A stretch of 64,000 bases of DNA from Candidatus Poribacteria bacterium (GTDB taxonomy: Bacteria; Poribacteria; WGA-4E; PCPOR2b), in contig OZ244587.1 in NCBI GenBank assembly GCA_965218095.1, positions 3,456,001 through 3,520,000 of the forward strand, read 5' to 3'. Position numbers and translations under genes: made by a program. Within the stretch, counting starts at the first letter, position 1. Each line of letters begins with the position of its first letter. This document shows, one piece after another, positions 31,547 through 41,041 of this stretch. Under the pieces are notes generated by a model. It was not told where the DNA came from. It did not search any database and saw only the letters and a program-made list of their open reading frames with translations.

Positions 31547-32113
31547 TTAGGCTTGTTCAGCCTCTTTTTTCTGATCGGCAATCGCCTGTAATACCGTCGT
31601 AATTTGACGGAGTGAACCATTCAAAACATTGACAAGTCCAGTTAATGGTGAACCTTGATGTAAAACGTTGACCAGGCCGGAAATCGGGGCTTTTAGGCCG
31701 CCAACGGCAAAAGCAATCAGTTCTTCCCTTGATGGCATATTGATCAGCTCATCAACGCTAGCCGCGTTGATGACCCTTTTACCAAGTATTCCACCCTTAA
31801 CTTTTAAATTTTCATGCTTATCGCTGAATGCTTTTAACATCTTTGCGGATGAAGCCGGATCACTACTCAATGCAACGGCTGTTGTTCCGTGAAGGTAAGG
31901 CTCTAAGCCTTCAATCTCCAGTTCCTGGGCGACAACATTTATGAGTTTGTTCTTGTAAACTTTATATTGGATCTCTGCTTCACGCAATTGATTCCGTAAC
32001 TCGCTCATCTCCGCAACACTCAGTCCTTGATATTCTGTCAGGATAATGACTTCCGAGTTTTGGAAATTTTCTCGAATGTTTTCCGTCTGTTGGATGTTTT
32101 TCTGGTTAGGCAT
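31547..32113 (-). CDS. rplJ: 50S ribosomal protein L10
   Basis: YQGLSVAEMSELR, VYKNKL, PSREEL. Confidence 0.97.
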   Translation of the reverse strand: MPNQKNIQQTENIRENFQNSEVIILTEYQGLSVAEMSELRNQLREAEIQYKVYKNKLINVVAQELEIEGLEPYLHGTTAVALSSDPASSAKMLKAFSDKHENLKVKGGILGKRVINAASVDELINMPSREELIAFAVGGLKAPISGLVNVLHQGSPLTGLVNVLNGSLRQITTVLQAIADQKKEAEQA

Positions 32114-32136
32114 TTGATACCCCGTCTCTTCAGTAA

Positions 32137-32257
32137 TACCGTTTCTGAATGAAAATGTCTCATTATAGTGGAAGGAAGGGAAGAAGGGAAGGATGGGTTT
32201 GCTTCCCTTCTTCCCTTCCTTCCGAAACTAATGCGGAGTTATTATTCAGAATTGGTA
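32137..32257. mobile_element. MITE in the rplJ 5' UTR
   Basis: TIR TACCGTTTCTGAAT / ATTCAGAATTGGTA, TAA direct repeat on both sides, internal perfect 22-bp purine/pyrimidine hairpin at 32170-32223. Confidence 0.7.
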
Positions 32258-32285
32258 TAAGTTAGATCATCGGCGGTTAGACGCC

Positions 32286-32316
32286 AAAAAAAAACCTCCA
32301 AACCGAATTGGAGGCT
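32286..32316 (-). terminator. attenuator terminator of the L10 leader
   Basis: CCTCCAA-loop-TTGGAGG followed by T9 on the minus strand, upstream of rplJ. Confidence 0.75.
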
Positions 32317-32496
32317 TCACTTCCGAACTTCCTTAAATAACGACCGGCTTCCGTGAATTCCACGTCGCACATGGTTGTTGTACGGCGCACAAATAGAACC
32401 GGTACAGTTCGACGTTGCGAAAGGAGAGGCAAATTTGAAGTGCCCCGCTTCCGCGGTTCTTTCATCGTATGAACTGTGGTAATAGAAAATCGGATA

Positions 32497-32553
32497 TGCC
32501 TCGGTAGGCTGAATATTTCATTTAAACAAAATTGCACCTACTGTCTACGACGA
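32497..32553 (-). ncRNA. ribosomal protein L10 leader
   Basis: GTAGACAGTAGGTG...TTAA...CCTACCGAGG core between rplA and rplJ. Confidence 0.8.
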
Positions 32554-32592
32554 CTAAAATATGTTCAATTTATACACACATTCACTTCTGGA

Positions 32593-33291
32593 TTAGCCAA
32601 ATTGCTGGGGCTCCAGGCGAATTCCAACACCCATCGTTGACGATACTGCAACACTCTTCAAATACCTTCCTTTGATGGAAGCCGGCCGGGCTTGCGTCAA
32701 AGCCTCCATTATCACCTGGATGTTCTCTTTAATTTGATTATCATCAAATGAGACTTTGCCGACAGGAATATGAATAACTCCCGACTGCTTCTCGGCACGG
32801 TACTCAATCTGACCGGCTTTAATACTGCGGACCGTTTCCGCCACATCCATTGTGACAGTCCCGGCTTTTGCATTGGGCATTAAGCCTCTCGGTCCGAGAA
32901 TGCGCCCCAACTTCGGCATGATGGTCCGCATCAAATCAGGGGTTGCAACAGTTGCGTCAAAATCCAGCCAGCCATCAACAATCTTGTCGACGAGCTCATC
33001 AACTCCGACCTCATCAGCTCCAGCTTCTTCCGCTGCACGTGCTTTATCTCCCTGAGCGAAGACAATCACACGCATCTCCTTACCTGTGCCGTGAGGTAAG
33101 GAAATCGTTCCGCGAATATTCTGATCCGCGTGACGGGGATCGACACCAAGATGTACAGCCAAATCTACTGTTTCATTGAATTTTACTGACGAACCCTTTT
33201 TCAAAAACTGTACGCCTTCATCCAAATCGTAAAGCTTAAAACGATCGACAAGCTTTGCAGCCTCGCGGTATTTCTTTCCATTTTTTTTCAT
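32593..33291 (-). CDS. rplA: 50S ribosomal protein L1
   Basis: LGVDPRHADQ, LGRILGPRGLMPN. Confidence 0.98.
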   Translation of the reverse strand: MKKNGKKYREAAKLVDRFKLYDLDEGVQFLKKGSSVKFNETVDLAVHLGVDPRHADQNIRGTISLPHGTGKEMRVIVFAQGDKARAAEEAGADEVGVDELVDKIVDGWLDFDATVATPDLMRTIMPKLGRILGPRGLMPNAKAGTVTMDVAETVRSIKAGQIEYRAEKQSGVIHIPVGKVSFDDNQIKENIQVIMEALTQARPASIKGRYLKSVAVSSTMGVGIRLEPQQFG

Positions 33292-33320
33292 TTTCTTAAC
33301 ATGAGCCTCCTCTTGAGTGA

Positions 33321-33746
33321 CTATCCACTGATAGTGATGCCCATACTCCGTGCAGTTCCGGCAACCATCCGCATCGCAGATTCCAGGCTCGTTGTATTGA
33401 GGTCCGGCAGCTTCGCCTGAGCGACTTCTTTAATCTGCTCCTCCGTTAAGGAGGCGACCTTATTTCGATTGGGCTCGCCAGATCCCTTTGCAAGCTTCGC
33501 CACCTGCTTCAACAACACCGCTGTCGGTGGCGATTTGACATCAAATGTGAACGACCGATCTGCGTAACAGGTGACAACGGTTGTCACCACCAATCCCTGT
33601 TGGTCCTGAGTTCGAGCGTTAAAAGACTTGATGAATTCTGGGATATTAATCATATAGGGGGCAAGGCTTGGACCAACAGGTGGATTTGGCGTTGCCTGCC
33701 CGGATACCAGTTGAAGTTTCACAACCCCGGCAACCTTTTTAGCCAT
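33321..33746 (-). CDS. rplK: 50S ribosomal protein L11
   Basis: ATPNPPVGP, AGTARSMGI. Confidence 0.98.
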   Translation of the reverse strand: MAKKVAGVVKLQLVSGQATPNPPVGPSLAPYMINIPEFIKSFNARTQDQQGLVVTTVVTCYADRSFTFDVKSPPTAVLLKQVAKLAKGSGEPNRNKVASLTEEQIKEVAQAKLPDLNTTSLESAMRMVAGTARSMGITISG

Positions 33747-33803
33747 CTATATCTCCTTAAAATGAAGTGAATCTGCCTTTCTGAACCTTTGCTTTGCTTC
33801 AGA

Positions 33804-34349
33804 CTAAATCTTTTCCACTTGGAAATACTCAAGTTCAATTGGCGTAGATCTCCCAAAAATAGAAATGGTCAGATGTAATCGCTGTTTATCTTCGTCAATG
33901 CCGTTAATCTCGGCAGGAAACTCATTAAATGGGCCATCAATCACCCGTACCTTATCTCCGATTGCAAAATCTATCGTTAGAGGCACCTTCTTCTTCTCCT
34001 CACCCGTTGAAAGATTCAGGATATTCTGAACATCTTCTTCGCCGAGGGGAGCAACGACATCCATAACACTGGGGGTATCCTGGATGAGATACCAGCTTTT
34101 CTGACTCGCCTCATCTGAGGCATCAGCGCGAAGTTCGTGTGCGGTTTGAACGAGGATGTATCCCGGGTAGGATGGGCGTTCAAATGTCCGCTTTTTGCCA
34201 TTTTTGATTTCAACAATCTCTTTGATCGGAACAACGACCTGGAGGACCTCCTCCTCTAACCGCATTGCTCGCACCCGCTGCTCCAGGTTCACTTTTACCT
34301 TCTTTTCATGCCCAGAATAGATATGGAGAATATACCAGAAACCGTCCAT
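33804..34349 (-). CDS. nusG: transcription termination/antitermination factor NusG
   Basis: WYILHIYSGHE, YPGYILV, KOW motif, IFGRSTPIEL. Confidence 0.96.
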   Translation of the reverse strand: MDGFWYILHIYSGHEKKVKVNLEQRVRAMRLEEEVLQVVVPIKEIVEIKNGKKRTFERPSYPGYILVQTAHELRADASDEASQKSWYLIQDTPSVMDVVAPLGEEDVQNILNLSTGEEKKKVPLTIDFAIGDKVRVIDGPFNEFPAEINGIDEDKQRLHLTISIFGRSTPIELEYFQVEKI

Positions 34350-34391
34350 AAATTCCCCCAAATTTCAGATAAGTTGGCGCTAAAATACGAA

Positions 34392-34769
34392 TTAGCCTGT
34401 CCGAATAAATAAACTGCGTAAAAAAGCCAGCCCGAAACCTTTAATTGGGTAGCCAAGGACAAAATGAGAAAAAAGGACAATTATTAATGGAATCAGCGCG
34501 ATTGGAATTGCGATTTTCCATTTTGGCGTAAACCGCTTTGCGATCAAGGGCACACACACAACGATGCCAACGAGCAAGATTATTCCATGTATAGAGACCC
34601 AGCCGGGATATACTGTGTTTCCGTCAACAAGCCAGAGGAAAATCCCCAGGATTGCACATGCCACAATCACGACAAGTGTATTGCCCTGGACATCCTTCCG
34701 TTTTGGCTTGGACACCTTGCCCCATTCAAGCTGAATGTCTCGAAGGAATTTTTTAATACGTGCTATCAT
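34392..34769 (-). CDS. secE: preprotein translocase subunit SecE with extra C-terminal TM segments
   Basis: FLRDIQLEWGKVSKP..TLVV..FLWLVD, located between tRNA-Trp and nusG. Confidence 0.85.
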   Translation of the reverse strand: MIARIKKFLRDIQLEWGKVSKPKRKDVQGNTLVVIVACAILGIFLWLVDGNTVYPGWVSIHGIILLVGIVVCVPLIAKRFTPKWKIAIPIALIPLIIVLFSHFVLGYPIKGFGLAFLRSLFIRTG

Positions 34770-34791
34770 AGGTCATTGAAAATAAAAAAGG

Positions 34792-34865
34792 CAGGCCAGG
34801 AGGGATTCGAACCCCCAACATTCGGTTTTGGAGACCGACGCTCTAGCCGTTAGAGCTACTGGCCT
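34792..34865 (-). tRNA. tRNA-Trp(CCA)
   Basis: AGGCCAG/CTGGCCT acceptor stem, CTCCAAA anticodon loop. Confidence 0.95.
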
Positions 34866-34888
34866 GCAAGAAAAAATTCATTGAAACG

Positions 34889-35041
34889 CTATCGGATTTC
34901 TTTGTGGAGTGTGTGCTTACGGCAATGACGACAATATTTCTTCAGCTCATAACGCCCTTGCTGCGTTCTTCTATTTCTTGTCGTGATATAATTCCGCTGT
35001 TTGCAGTCATCACACGCCAACGTCACCGCATCTCTCGGCAT
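34889..35041 (-). CDS. rpmG: 50S ribosomal protein L33 (Zn-ribbon form)
   Basis: hand translation [18 protein letters not shown]...[19 protein letters not shown]; below the ORF-track size cutoff. Confidence 0.95.
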   Translation of the reverse strand: MPRDAVTLACDDCKQRNYITTRNRRTQQGRYELKKYCRHCRKHTLHKEIR

Positions 35042-35091
35042 AATATCCACTCAAACAATCTGGTTTCACTTCAAACGAATCAAAAACGAGA

Positions 35092-35167
<76 letters not shown>

Positions 35168-35204
35168 ATAACCGTCGGCCGCAAAGTTGAAACCCAAACC
35201 ATTA

Positions 35205-35277
35205 GGCGGGAGACGGGACTTGAACCCGCGACAATTGGCTTGGAAGGCCAATGCTCTACCAACTGAGCTACTCCCGC
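35205..35277 (-). tRNA. tRNA-Gly(TCC)
   Basis: GCGGGAG/CTCCCGC acceptor stem, anticodon TCC. Confidence 0.95.
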
Positions 35278-35307
35278 GTTTTACCATGCAGCCAGTCAAC
35301 CGAATGA

Positions 35308-35389
35308 TGGGGGGAGAAGGATTCGAACCTCCGCAGGCAGAGCCAACAGATTTACAGTCTGCTCCCGTTGACCGCTTGGGTATCCCCCC
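35308..35389 (-). tRNA. tRNA-Tyr(GTA)
   Basis: long variable arm, anticodon loop CTGTAAA. Confidence 0.95.
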
Positions 35390-35408
35390 ACTTTGTGGGC
35401 GATGCGGA

Positions 35409-35481
35409 AGCTGGCGAGAGGACTTGAACCCCCGACTAAGTGATTACAAATCACTCGCTCTACCAACTGAGCTACGCCAGC
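35409..35481 (-). tRNA. tRNA-Thr(TGT)
   Basis: GCTGGCG/CGCCAGC stem, anticodon TGT. Confidence 0.95.
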
Positions 35482-35495
35482 AAACGCAGAGGTGA

Positions 35496-35524
35496 ATTAT
35501 ACATGCCAGCCCTTAATTTGTCAA
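35496..35524 (-). promoter_or_regulatory. consensus sigma70 promoter of the tRNA/r-protein operon
   Basis: perfect TTGACA-17 nt-TATAAT just upstream of tRNA-Thr(TGT). Confidence 0.85.
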
Positions 35525-35753
35525 GCAGAAATTTACAATCGTAGAAATTCTCCATGACGGAGGCGAGCATGCCAAGATGAACGTCTTCCGCATAACGACA
35601 GATACCCCTAAAATTTCTGCATTGACACCGATCAAATTTCCGCTTGACTTGGGGTGTTTATACGGCATATAATTCGTAAAGTACGAAATGCACTGCAACA
35701 GACTGAGATGGTAGCACCCACGGATGCGATTGTCCAGCAAACAAGGAGGCGAT

Positions 35754-36833
35754 ATGAACAACGCATCTTGTCCCCTGCGTGTCGGGGTCGTCGGCTGCGG
35801 CTCTTTTGGACGCAACGCCTACGCGCGCAATGTCGTTGATAGTCCCGACACCTATCTCATTGCCCTGTGCGATGTGGACCGAGAGCGTGCCGAAGCGGTG
35901 GGTCGCGAATTCTTCGATGATCAAAATCTCAAACCGTGCCCGACAATTTACACAGATTATAAAGAGATGATTAATCAACAATCTCTTGATGTTGTCATGG
36001 TCGGCACGATGGCAGATGTTCGTCCGCGTGTGACTGTCGCTGCGCTTCACAGTGGTGCCCACGTCCTGGCTGCCAAACCGATGGCACCATCTCTGGCTGA
36101 AGCCGAAGAAATGCTTCAGGCGGCGGAGCGAACAGATCGAATTCTGATGGTTGGCTACAACTTCCGCTTCCGTGAGGATGCTCAGGCTGTGCACCGCTTT
36201 ATCCGCAGCGGTGGGGTGGGGACGCCACGCTTTGGACGCGCCTGGATTCACGTGGGCGGTGTTCCGGTATGGGGCCCACACTACATCAAGTCTCGGTCAG
36301 GGGGCGGCTCGCTCGCTAGTACCGGGGTTCATACGCTTGATCTGGGTGTCTGGTTCCTCGGCAATCCACCCCTTCTCTCTGTAGAAGGGCAAGCGAGTTC
36401 ACGTTTTGCCGACCTCCCCTCCCTGCCCACTGAATTGGAAGCCGTTCGAGACGCCTACGATGCCGAGGATCTTGTGACTGGCTACATCCGCTTTGCCGAC
36501 GATGTGACTTTGTCGGTTGAGAGCATGTGGCTGGCGCCCCTTCAGATCAGCGATAATGGCATTGATGTGTGGGGGACCATGGGCTACGCTTCGTTGTCGC
36601 CGTTGCGGTTGTTGACCTGGGAGGATGGCGATTATGTTGATTAGACAGAAAAAGTGGCGCCTGGCCTCGCCGGTTCATTCCGCGATGATGCACGGCGGCG
36701 CACACGGCAAGAGGTGCTCCACTTTATCGATTGCGTCCTTGGCCGGGGGGCGCCCATGATCACGCCGCAGGAGATGTGGACAGATTAGGCAATTATTGAT
36801 GGCATTTATGGCAGGGGGCGAAAGTTTTGGTAG
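35754..36833 (+). pseudogene. Gfo/Idh/MocA oxidoreductase with two in-frame TAGs (36642, 36786) in the C-terminal part
   Basis: VGVVGCG, AKPMA and GVHTLD motifs; family-like tail EVLHFIDCV...IIDGIY continues in frame beyond the first TAG. Confidence 0.75.
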
Positions 36834-36890
36834 CACTCCACTAAAAATGGAAAAGGGAGAGATTTTTGTCAATTGGTTAGGATAGCCCAA

Positions 36891-37679
36891 ATGAGAATTC
36901 AAGAAATGTTTGAACTGCATGGTCATGTCGCAATTGTTACTGGTGGTGGGACTCACCTCGGGCGGGCGATGGCGACCACGCTCGGCGAATTGGGGACTGA
37001 CGTTATCATTGCCAGTCGCCGCAAATCCCTGTGTGGACAAGTTGCAGCTAAGATGCGGGAAGCAGGCATCAAATGTAGGGGCTTCGGTTGTGACGTAACC
37101 GACGAAGAGCAGGTCAACGCCCTGGTGGAGAGCACCGTCAAGATGCACGGGCAGTTGGACATCATGGTGTGCAACGCAGGTGGCTCTGCGACGACGACTT
37201 ACCTTCCCACCGCCTCGGTTGACGAGTTCATGCGCACATGGGAGATGAATGTCAAGAGCACCTATATGTGCGCGCAAGCCGCAGCCCGCGTGATGATTCC
37301 CCGACGCAGCGGCAAGATAATCACCCTCGGTTCCATCCACGGCTTCCTGACCGCTGACAAGCGCCTTTATAAGGATCTGAATTTCCACCGTTCGGGTCCC
37401 CCGTACCAGGCCGCGAAGGGCGGGATAGTGAACTTGACGCGGGCGCTGGCAGCCGAGCTTGGCGAGTATGGCATCACCGTCAACTGTATCAGCCCGGGAC
37501 AAATTCCGAAATCAACGACAGATCCGGAAATGGCGGAACGTTGCCGTCTGAGTAACCCGCTTGAACGAACAGGAACAGCAGATGACATCAAGGGTGCCAT
37601 CGCCCTCCTGGCATCTCGCGCCGGAGACTGGATCACCGGACACAACTTGGTGGTAGATGGCGGCTGGAGTATCTGGTGA
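36891..37679 (+). CDS. short-chain dehydrogenase/reductase
   Basis: TGGGTHLG, NAG, YQAAK, VDGG motifs. Confidence 0.93.
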   Translation: MRIQEMFELHGHVAIVTGGGTHLGRAMATTLGELGTDVIIASRRKSLCGQVAAKMREAGIKCRGFGCDVTDEEQVNALVESTVKMHGQLDIMVCNAGGSATTTYLPTASVDEFMRTWEMNVKSTYMCAQAAARVMIPRRSGKIITLGSIHGFLTADKRLYKDLNFHRSGPPYQAAKGGIVNLTRALAAELGEYGITVNCISPGQIPKSTTDPEMAERCRLSNPLERTGTADDIKGAIALLASRAGDWITGHNLVVDGGWSIW

Positions 37680-37754
37680 GCACCAGGGCGGGTAAGCGGA
37701 TGGACCTCTGGGGAATAAGACAACATATCGATTTTTATAGGGTTTGGAGACCTC

Positions 37755-37787
37755 AGACCTGACAGATTTCAAAAAATTGTCGGGTCT
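37755..37787. repeat. REP-like palindrome AGACCTGACAG...CTGTCAGGTCT (second copy at 42032-42064)
   Basis: two related imperfect 33-bp palindromes in intergenic regions. Confidence 0.6.
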
Positions 37788-37837
37788 ACCACCCCTATAT
37801 GTACAGACTTATGAAATGCACTACTGAGGAGCAAAAT

Positions 37838-38584
37838 ATGAAAATTAGTCAAGACGCTTACAATCATTACTGGAAAAAAGGCTGGGTCGTTATTGAAGGG
37901 GTTTATGGCACCGAAGAAGTCGATCGGATTGCACAGATCGCGATTGAGGTGAGCGATGCAGAAATGAAGGGGGATAGGCCAAGTTGCGCGGTTGATCGAG
38001 CAGAGGACGGCACAATCGGGCCGCGGAAAATCGATCGCCCTTTCTTTAAGGCACGTGCTTTTCAATCTTTCGTGCTCGACCTCCGTTTGTTGCGCATCAT
38101 CGCTGATTTCACTGGTGTGAAGCCGCTGCTGGTCGGCGATCAGATTTTTATGAAACCGCCGCACTTCGGCAGCGCCAAGCCATATCACCAGGACAACTAT
38201 TACTTCAAATGCGAGCCGGCTGACCACGTAATCACTGCGTGGATTGCAATGGACGATGTAGACGAGGCCAATGGTTGCCTCCGCTATATCGAAGGGTCAC
38301 ACAAGGGCCCGGTCGTGCCACACGAAACGCCAGACCCCGACGAGCCATACAACCTTGTGCCTCCACCCGAACTCATTGATTTATCGAAAGAAGCATTGGC
38401 ACAGGTAAACAAGGGGGGCGTCGTCTTTCACCACAGCAAAGCGTTGCATACGTCACATCGTAACGAATCAGACCGTTGGCGGCGGGGTTACGCTACGCAT
38501 TGGGCTAGCTCCCAAACCACGTCGGAAAACGATACCATCAAGAACGCTTACTTTAACCACGACGATTTTCCGGCGAGCATTTAG
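37838..38584 (+). CDS. phytanoyl-CoA dioxygenase (PhyH) family
   Basis: YHQD, TAWIAMDD, GCLRYIEGSH, LHTS..N.S..RR. Confidence 0.92.
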   Translation: MKISQDAYNHYWKKGWVVIEGVYGTEEVDRIAQIAIEVSDAEMKGDRPSCAVDRAEDGTIGPRKIDRPFFKARAFQSFVLDLRLLRIIADFTGVKPLLVGDQIFMKPPHFGSAKPYHQDNYYFKCEPADHVITAWIAMDDVDEANGCLRYIEGSHKGPVVPHETPDPDEPYNLVPPPELIDLSKEALAQVNKGGVVFHHSKALHTSHRNESDRWRRGYATHWASSQTTSENDTIKNAYFNHDDFPASI

Positions 38585-38715
38585 CAATTCATTACAGGGG
38601 GTCAGCTATGTATCGAACGATTGCTCACCAGATTTTCAATGGGCTTACGTAGAAGCATGAGGCGTCCATTTTTCTACGTTGATATACCAATTTCCTAGAA
38701 ATCGGAGGCAAAACT

Positions 38716-39828
38716 GTGGACAAAAGATATCTGATTCGAGATGCAAGCCAAATCCCGAGCCCGTCGCTGGTTGTCTATTTGGACCTGGTTCAAAAGAACA
38801 TTGAGCGGATGATTGCCCTCGCGGACGGTGATATGTCGAAACTGCGCCCGCATGTGAAAACGCACAAAACCGCCGAGATTATCGGCCTGGAGCAGGAAGC
38901 CGGCATCACAAAACACAAGTGCGCGACATTGCGCGAAGCCAAAATGATAGCCGAAACGGGTGCAACGGACATCCTGATCGCCTATCAGATGGTCGGTCCC
39001 AACCTTGATCGGTTGGTCGAACTCAAACGGCGTTTCCCCGATGTCGATTTCAAGGTCATCGTCGATCACCCGGACAGTGTAGAGTGGCTTTCGCAGGCGA
39101 TGGCGAAAAACGGCATGACTATCAAGACGATGCTAGACCTTGACGCGGGGATGCACCGCACGGGAATTGCCCCTGGCGATGCCGCCGTTGATTTATACGC
39201 GCAAATAGATCACGCCGAAGGTTTGGTTCCATGGGGGCTGCACGTCTACGATGGGCATATCCACGACGAGGATTTAGAAGAGCGTCGGAAATCTTGCGAT
39301 CAGAGTCTGACGCTTGTTGCGGAGTTGAAGGAACGATTGGCAGCCAAAGGGCTTGATGTGCCATTGGTGGTGATGGGTGCGACGCCGACGTTCCCAATTT
39401 ATGCGAAAACGCCGGACGTTGAAGCCTCGCCAGGAACTTTTATCTTCTTCGATTTTGGGTATTCAACCCGCTATCCCGACCTCGGATTTACGCACGCCGC
39501 GCTGCTCTTGACCCGCGTTATCAGTATGCCAACGGCGGATCAGATTACCTTAGATCTCGGGTACAAAGCCATCGCTGCAGACCCACAGGGCGTACGGGGT
39601 AGGGTTTTGAGCATTGAAGGGGCGGAGGTTGACCACCAAAATGAGGAACACTGGATTGTGAAAATCCCCAAAGGCACAGAAGTCAAACTGGGACAGGAGG
39701 TCTACGTGTGTCCAACCCACGTCTGTCCGTCCGTTGCCTTACATCATTCATATTACATTATTGACCGGGATGGTGATTGTATCGACACCTGGCGAGTCAC
39801 TGCGCGAAACCGCGATCTTGATGCGTGA
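38716..39828 (+). CDS. PLP-dependent D-threonine aldolase / D-serine dehydratase-like enzyme
   Basis: RPHVKTHK, HRTG, YDGH, EEH and HVCP motifs. Confidence 0.88.
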   Translation: MDKRYLIRDASQIPSPSLVVYLDLVQKNIERMIALADGDMSKLRPHVKTHKTAEIIGLEQEAGITKHKCATLREAKMIAETGATDILIAYQMVGPNLDRLVELKRRFPDVDFKVIVDHPDSVEWLSQAMAKNGMTIKTMLDLDAGMHRTGIAPGDAAVDLYAQIDHAEGLVPWGLHVYDGHIHDEDLEERRKSCDQSLTLVAELKERLAAKGLDVPLVVMGATPTFPIYAKTPDVEASPGTFIFFDFGYSTRYPDLGFTHAALLLTRVISMPTADQITLDLGYKAIAADPQGVRGRVLSIEGAEVDHQNEEHWIVKIPKGTEVKLGQEVYVCPTHVCPSVALHHSYYIIDRDGDCIDTWRVTARNRDLDA

Positions 39829-40140
39829 TGCGCGGATAAAGAAATACGCCCCCGCAAAGCAGCGTCCGATGGAAGTCGGCGACAAGCGATTCAACGTACC
39901 GAAGACTGTATCCACCTGCCTCATCGGACCTGACCCATTCGAGATACCGCTGTGTCGCTTCGGGGAAGGTTGGGTAGTAAGTAGACTTCGTTTTACCCTT
40001 CTCCGGCATGCGCACGTTCTCCTGTGTCAGCACATACGCCCCAATCGATGGATCGAGCGTGAATATGTGGACACTGTCCCCGGATGTATAGACCATGGCT
40101 GTGCTGCTGGATTGTCACGGGTGATACATTTGCCGTGGTG
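39797..40140 (-). pseudogene. fbp: fragment of class 1 fructose-1,6-bisphosphatase
   Basis: FTLDPSIG and YSLRYVESLVADFHRTLLCGGVFLYP; both ends missing. Confidence 0.8.
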
Positions 40141-40159
40141 TATGCTCCTTTCGCAAATT

Positions 40160-40933
40160 TCATAACGTTTTGCCACTTGCCCCCCGAAACTTCAGAGACA
40201 ATAAAACAAGGATGATCGAGTTAAACAGAAGCAAGGTTGAGATGGCGTTAATCTCCGGTGTGATGCCAAATTTCAGCATGGAATAGACCCGCACAGGCAA
40301 TGTCGTATACCCAACGCCCGCGGTGAAGAACGTAATCACAAAATCGTCAATCGAAAGCGTAAATGCTAACAACGCACCGCCAATCACGCCCGGTGCGATC
40401 AATGGCAAGGTAATCTGCCAGAACGTCCGCCATCTGTTTGCGCCGAGATCTAAGGCGGATTCCTCCAAAGATTGATCGAACCCTCTGAGTCTTGCGCGGA
40501 CAACGATGGTGACATAAGAGATATTGAACGCAACATGGGCAATGATAATTGACACGATACCGAGTGGAAGACGCACCCGGTTGTAGAACATTAAGAGCGC
40601 GATTGCCATCACGATGTCCGGGACAATTATCGGGAGATAAACGACCCTTGCGAAGATCAGGCTTAACAGAAAGCGGTATCTTTCAATCGCTAGTGCCGCC
40701 ATCGTGCCGATGATTGCTGCGACGATGGTTGAACTCCCTGCAACAATAATGCTCGTGAGACAGGCGTCCCATAGATCTCGGTTCTGAAACAACTTCCCAT
40801 ACCAACTTAGCGTGAAGCCTCCCCAAACAGCGGTTTGCTGAGAGGCGTTGAATGAGAAAACGATCAGCGTCAAGATCGGGGCGTAAAGAAACAGGAAGAT
40901 CAATAAGGTGTTGAGTTCGAGTAGTCGTTTCAT
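40160..40933 (-). CDS. potC: spermidine/putrescine ABC permease PotC-like
   Basis: LYAP..SFN, EESALDLGA, FTLSIDDF, PEINA. Confidence 0.85.
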   Translation of the reverse strand: MKRLLELNTLLIFLFLYAPILTLIVFSFNASQQTAVWGGFTLSWYGKLFQNRDLWDACLTSIIVAGSSTIVAAIIGTMAALAIERYRFLLSLIFARVVYLPIIVPDIVMAIALLMFYNRVRLPLGIVSIIIAHVAFNISYVTIVVRARLRGFDQSLEESALDLGANRWRTFWQITLPLIAPGVIGGALLAFTLSIDDFVITFFTAGVGYTTLPVRVYSMLKFGITPEINAISTLLLFNSIILVLLSLKFRGASGKTL

Positions 40934-41041
40934 AATGCGTGAAACGTAATGCGTGTTGCGTGTTGTCGAACCTCTGAACTAATGAACCTCTGAACCCATT
41001 TCCGCATTCCCTCGTTTCCCCCATATCTTCTTCCCCTCCTC

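Noticed and set aside
36675-37502. 275-aa antisense ORF
   Set aside because: Typical antisense shadow of the SDR gene, with no motifs of its own.
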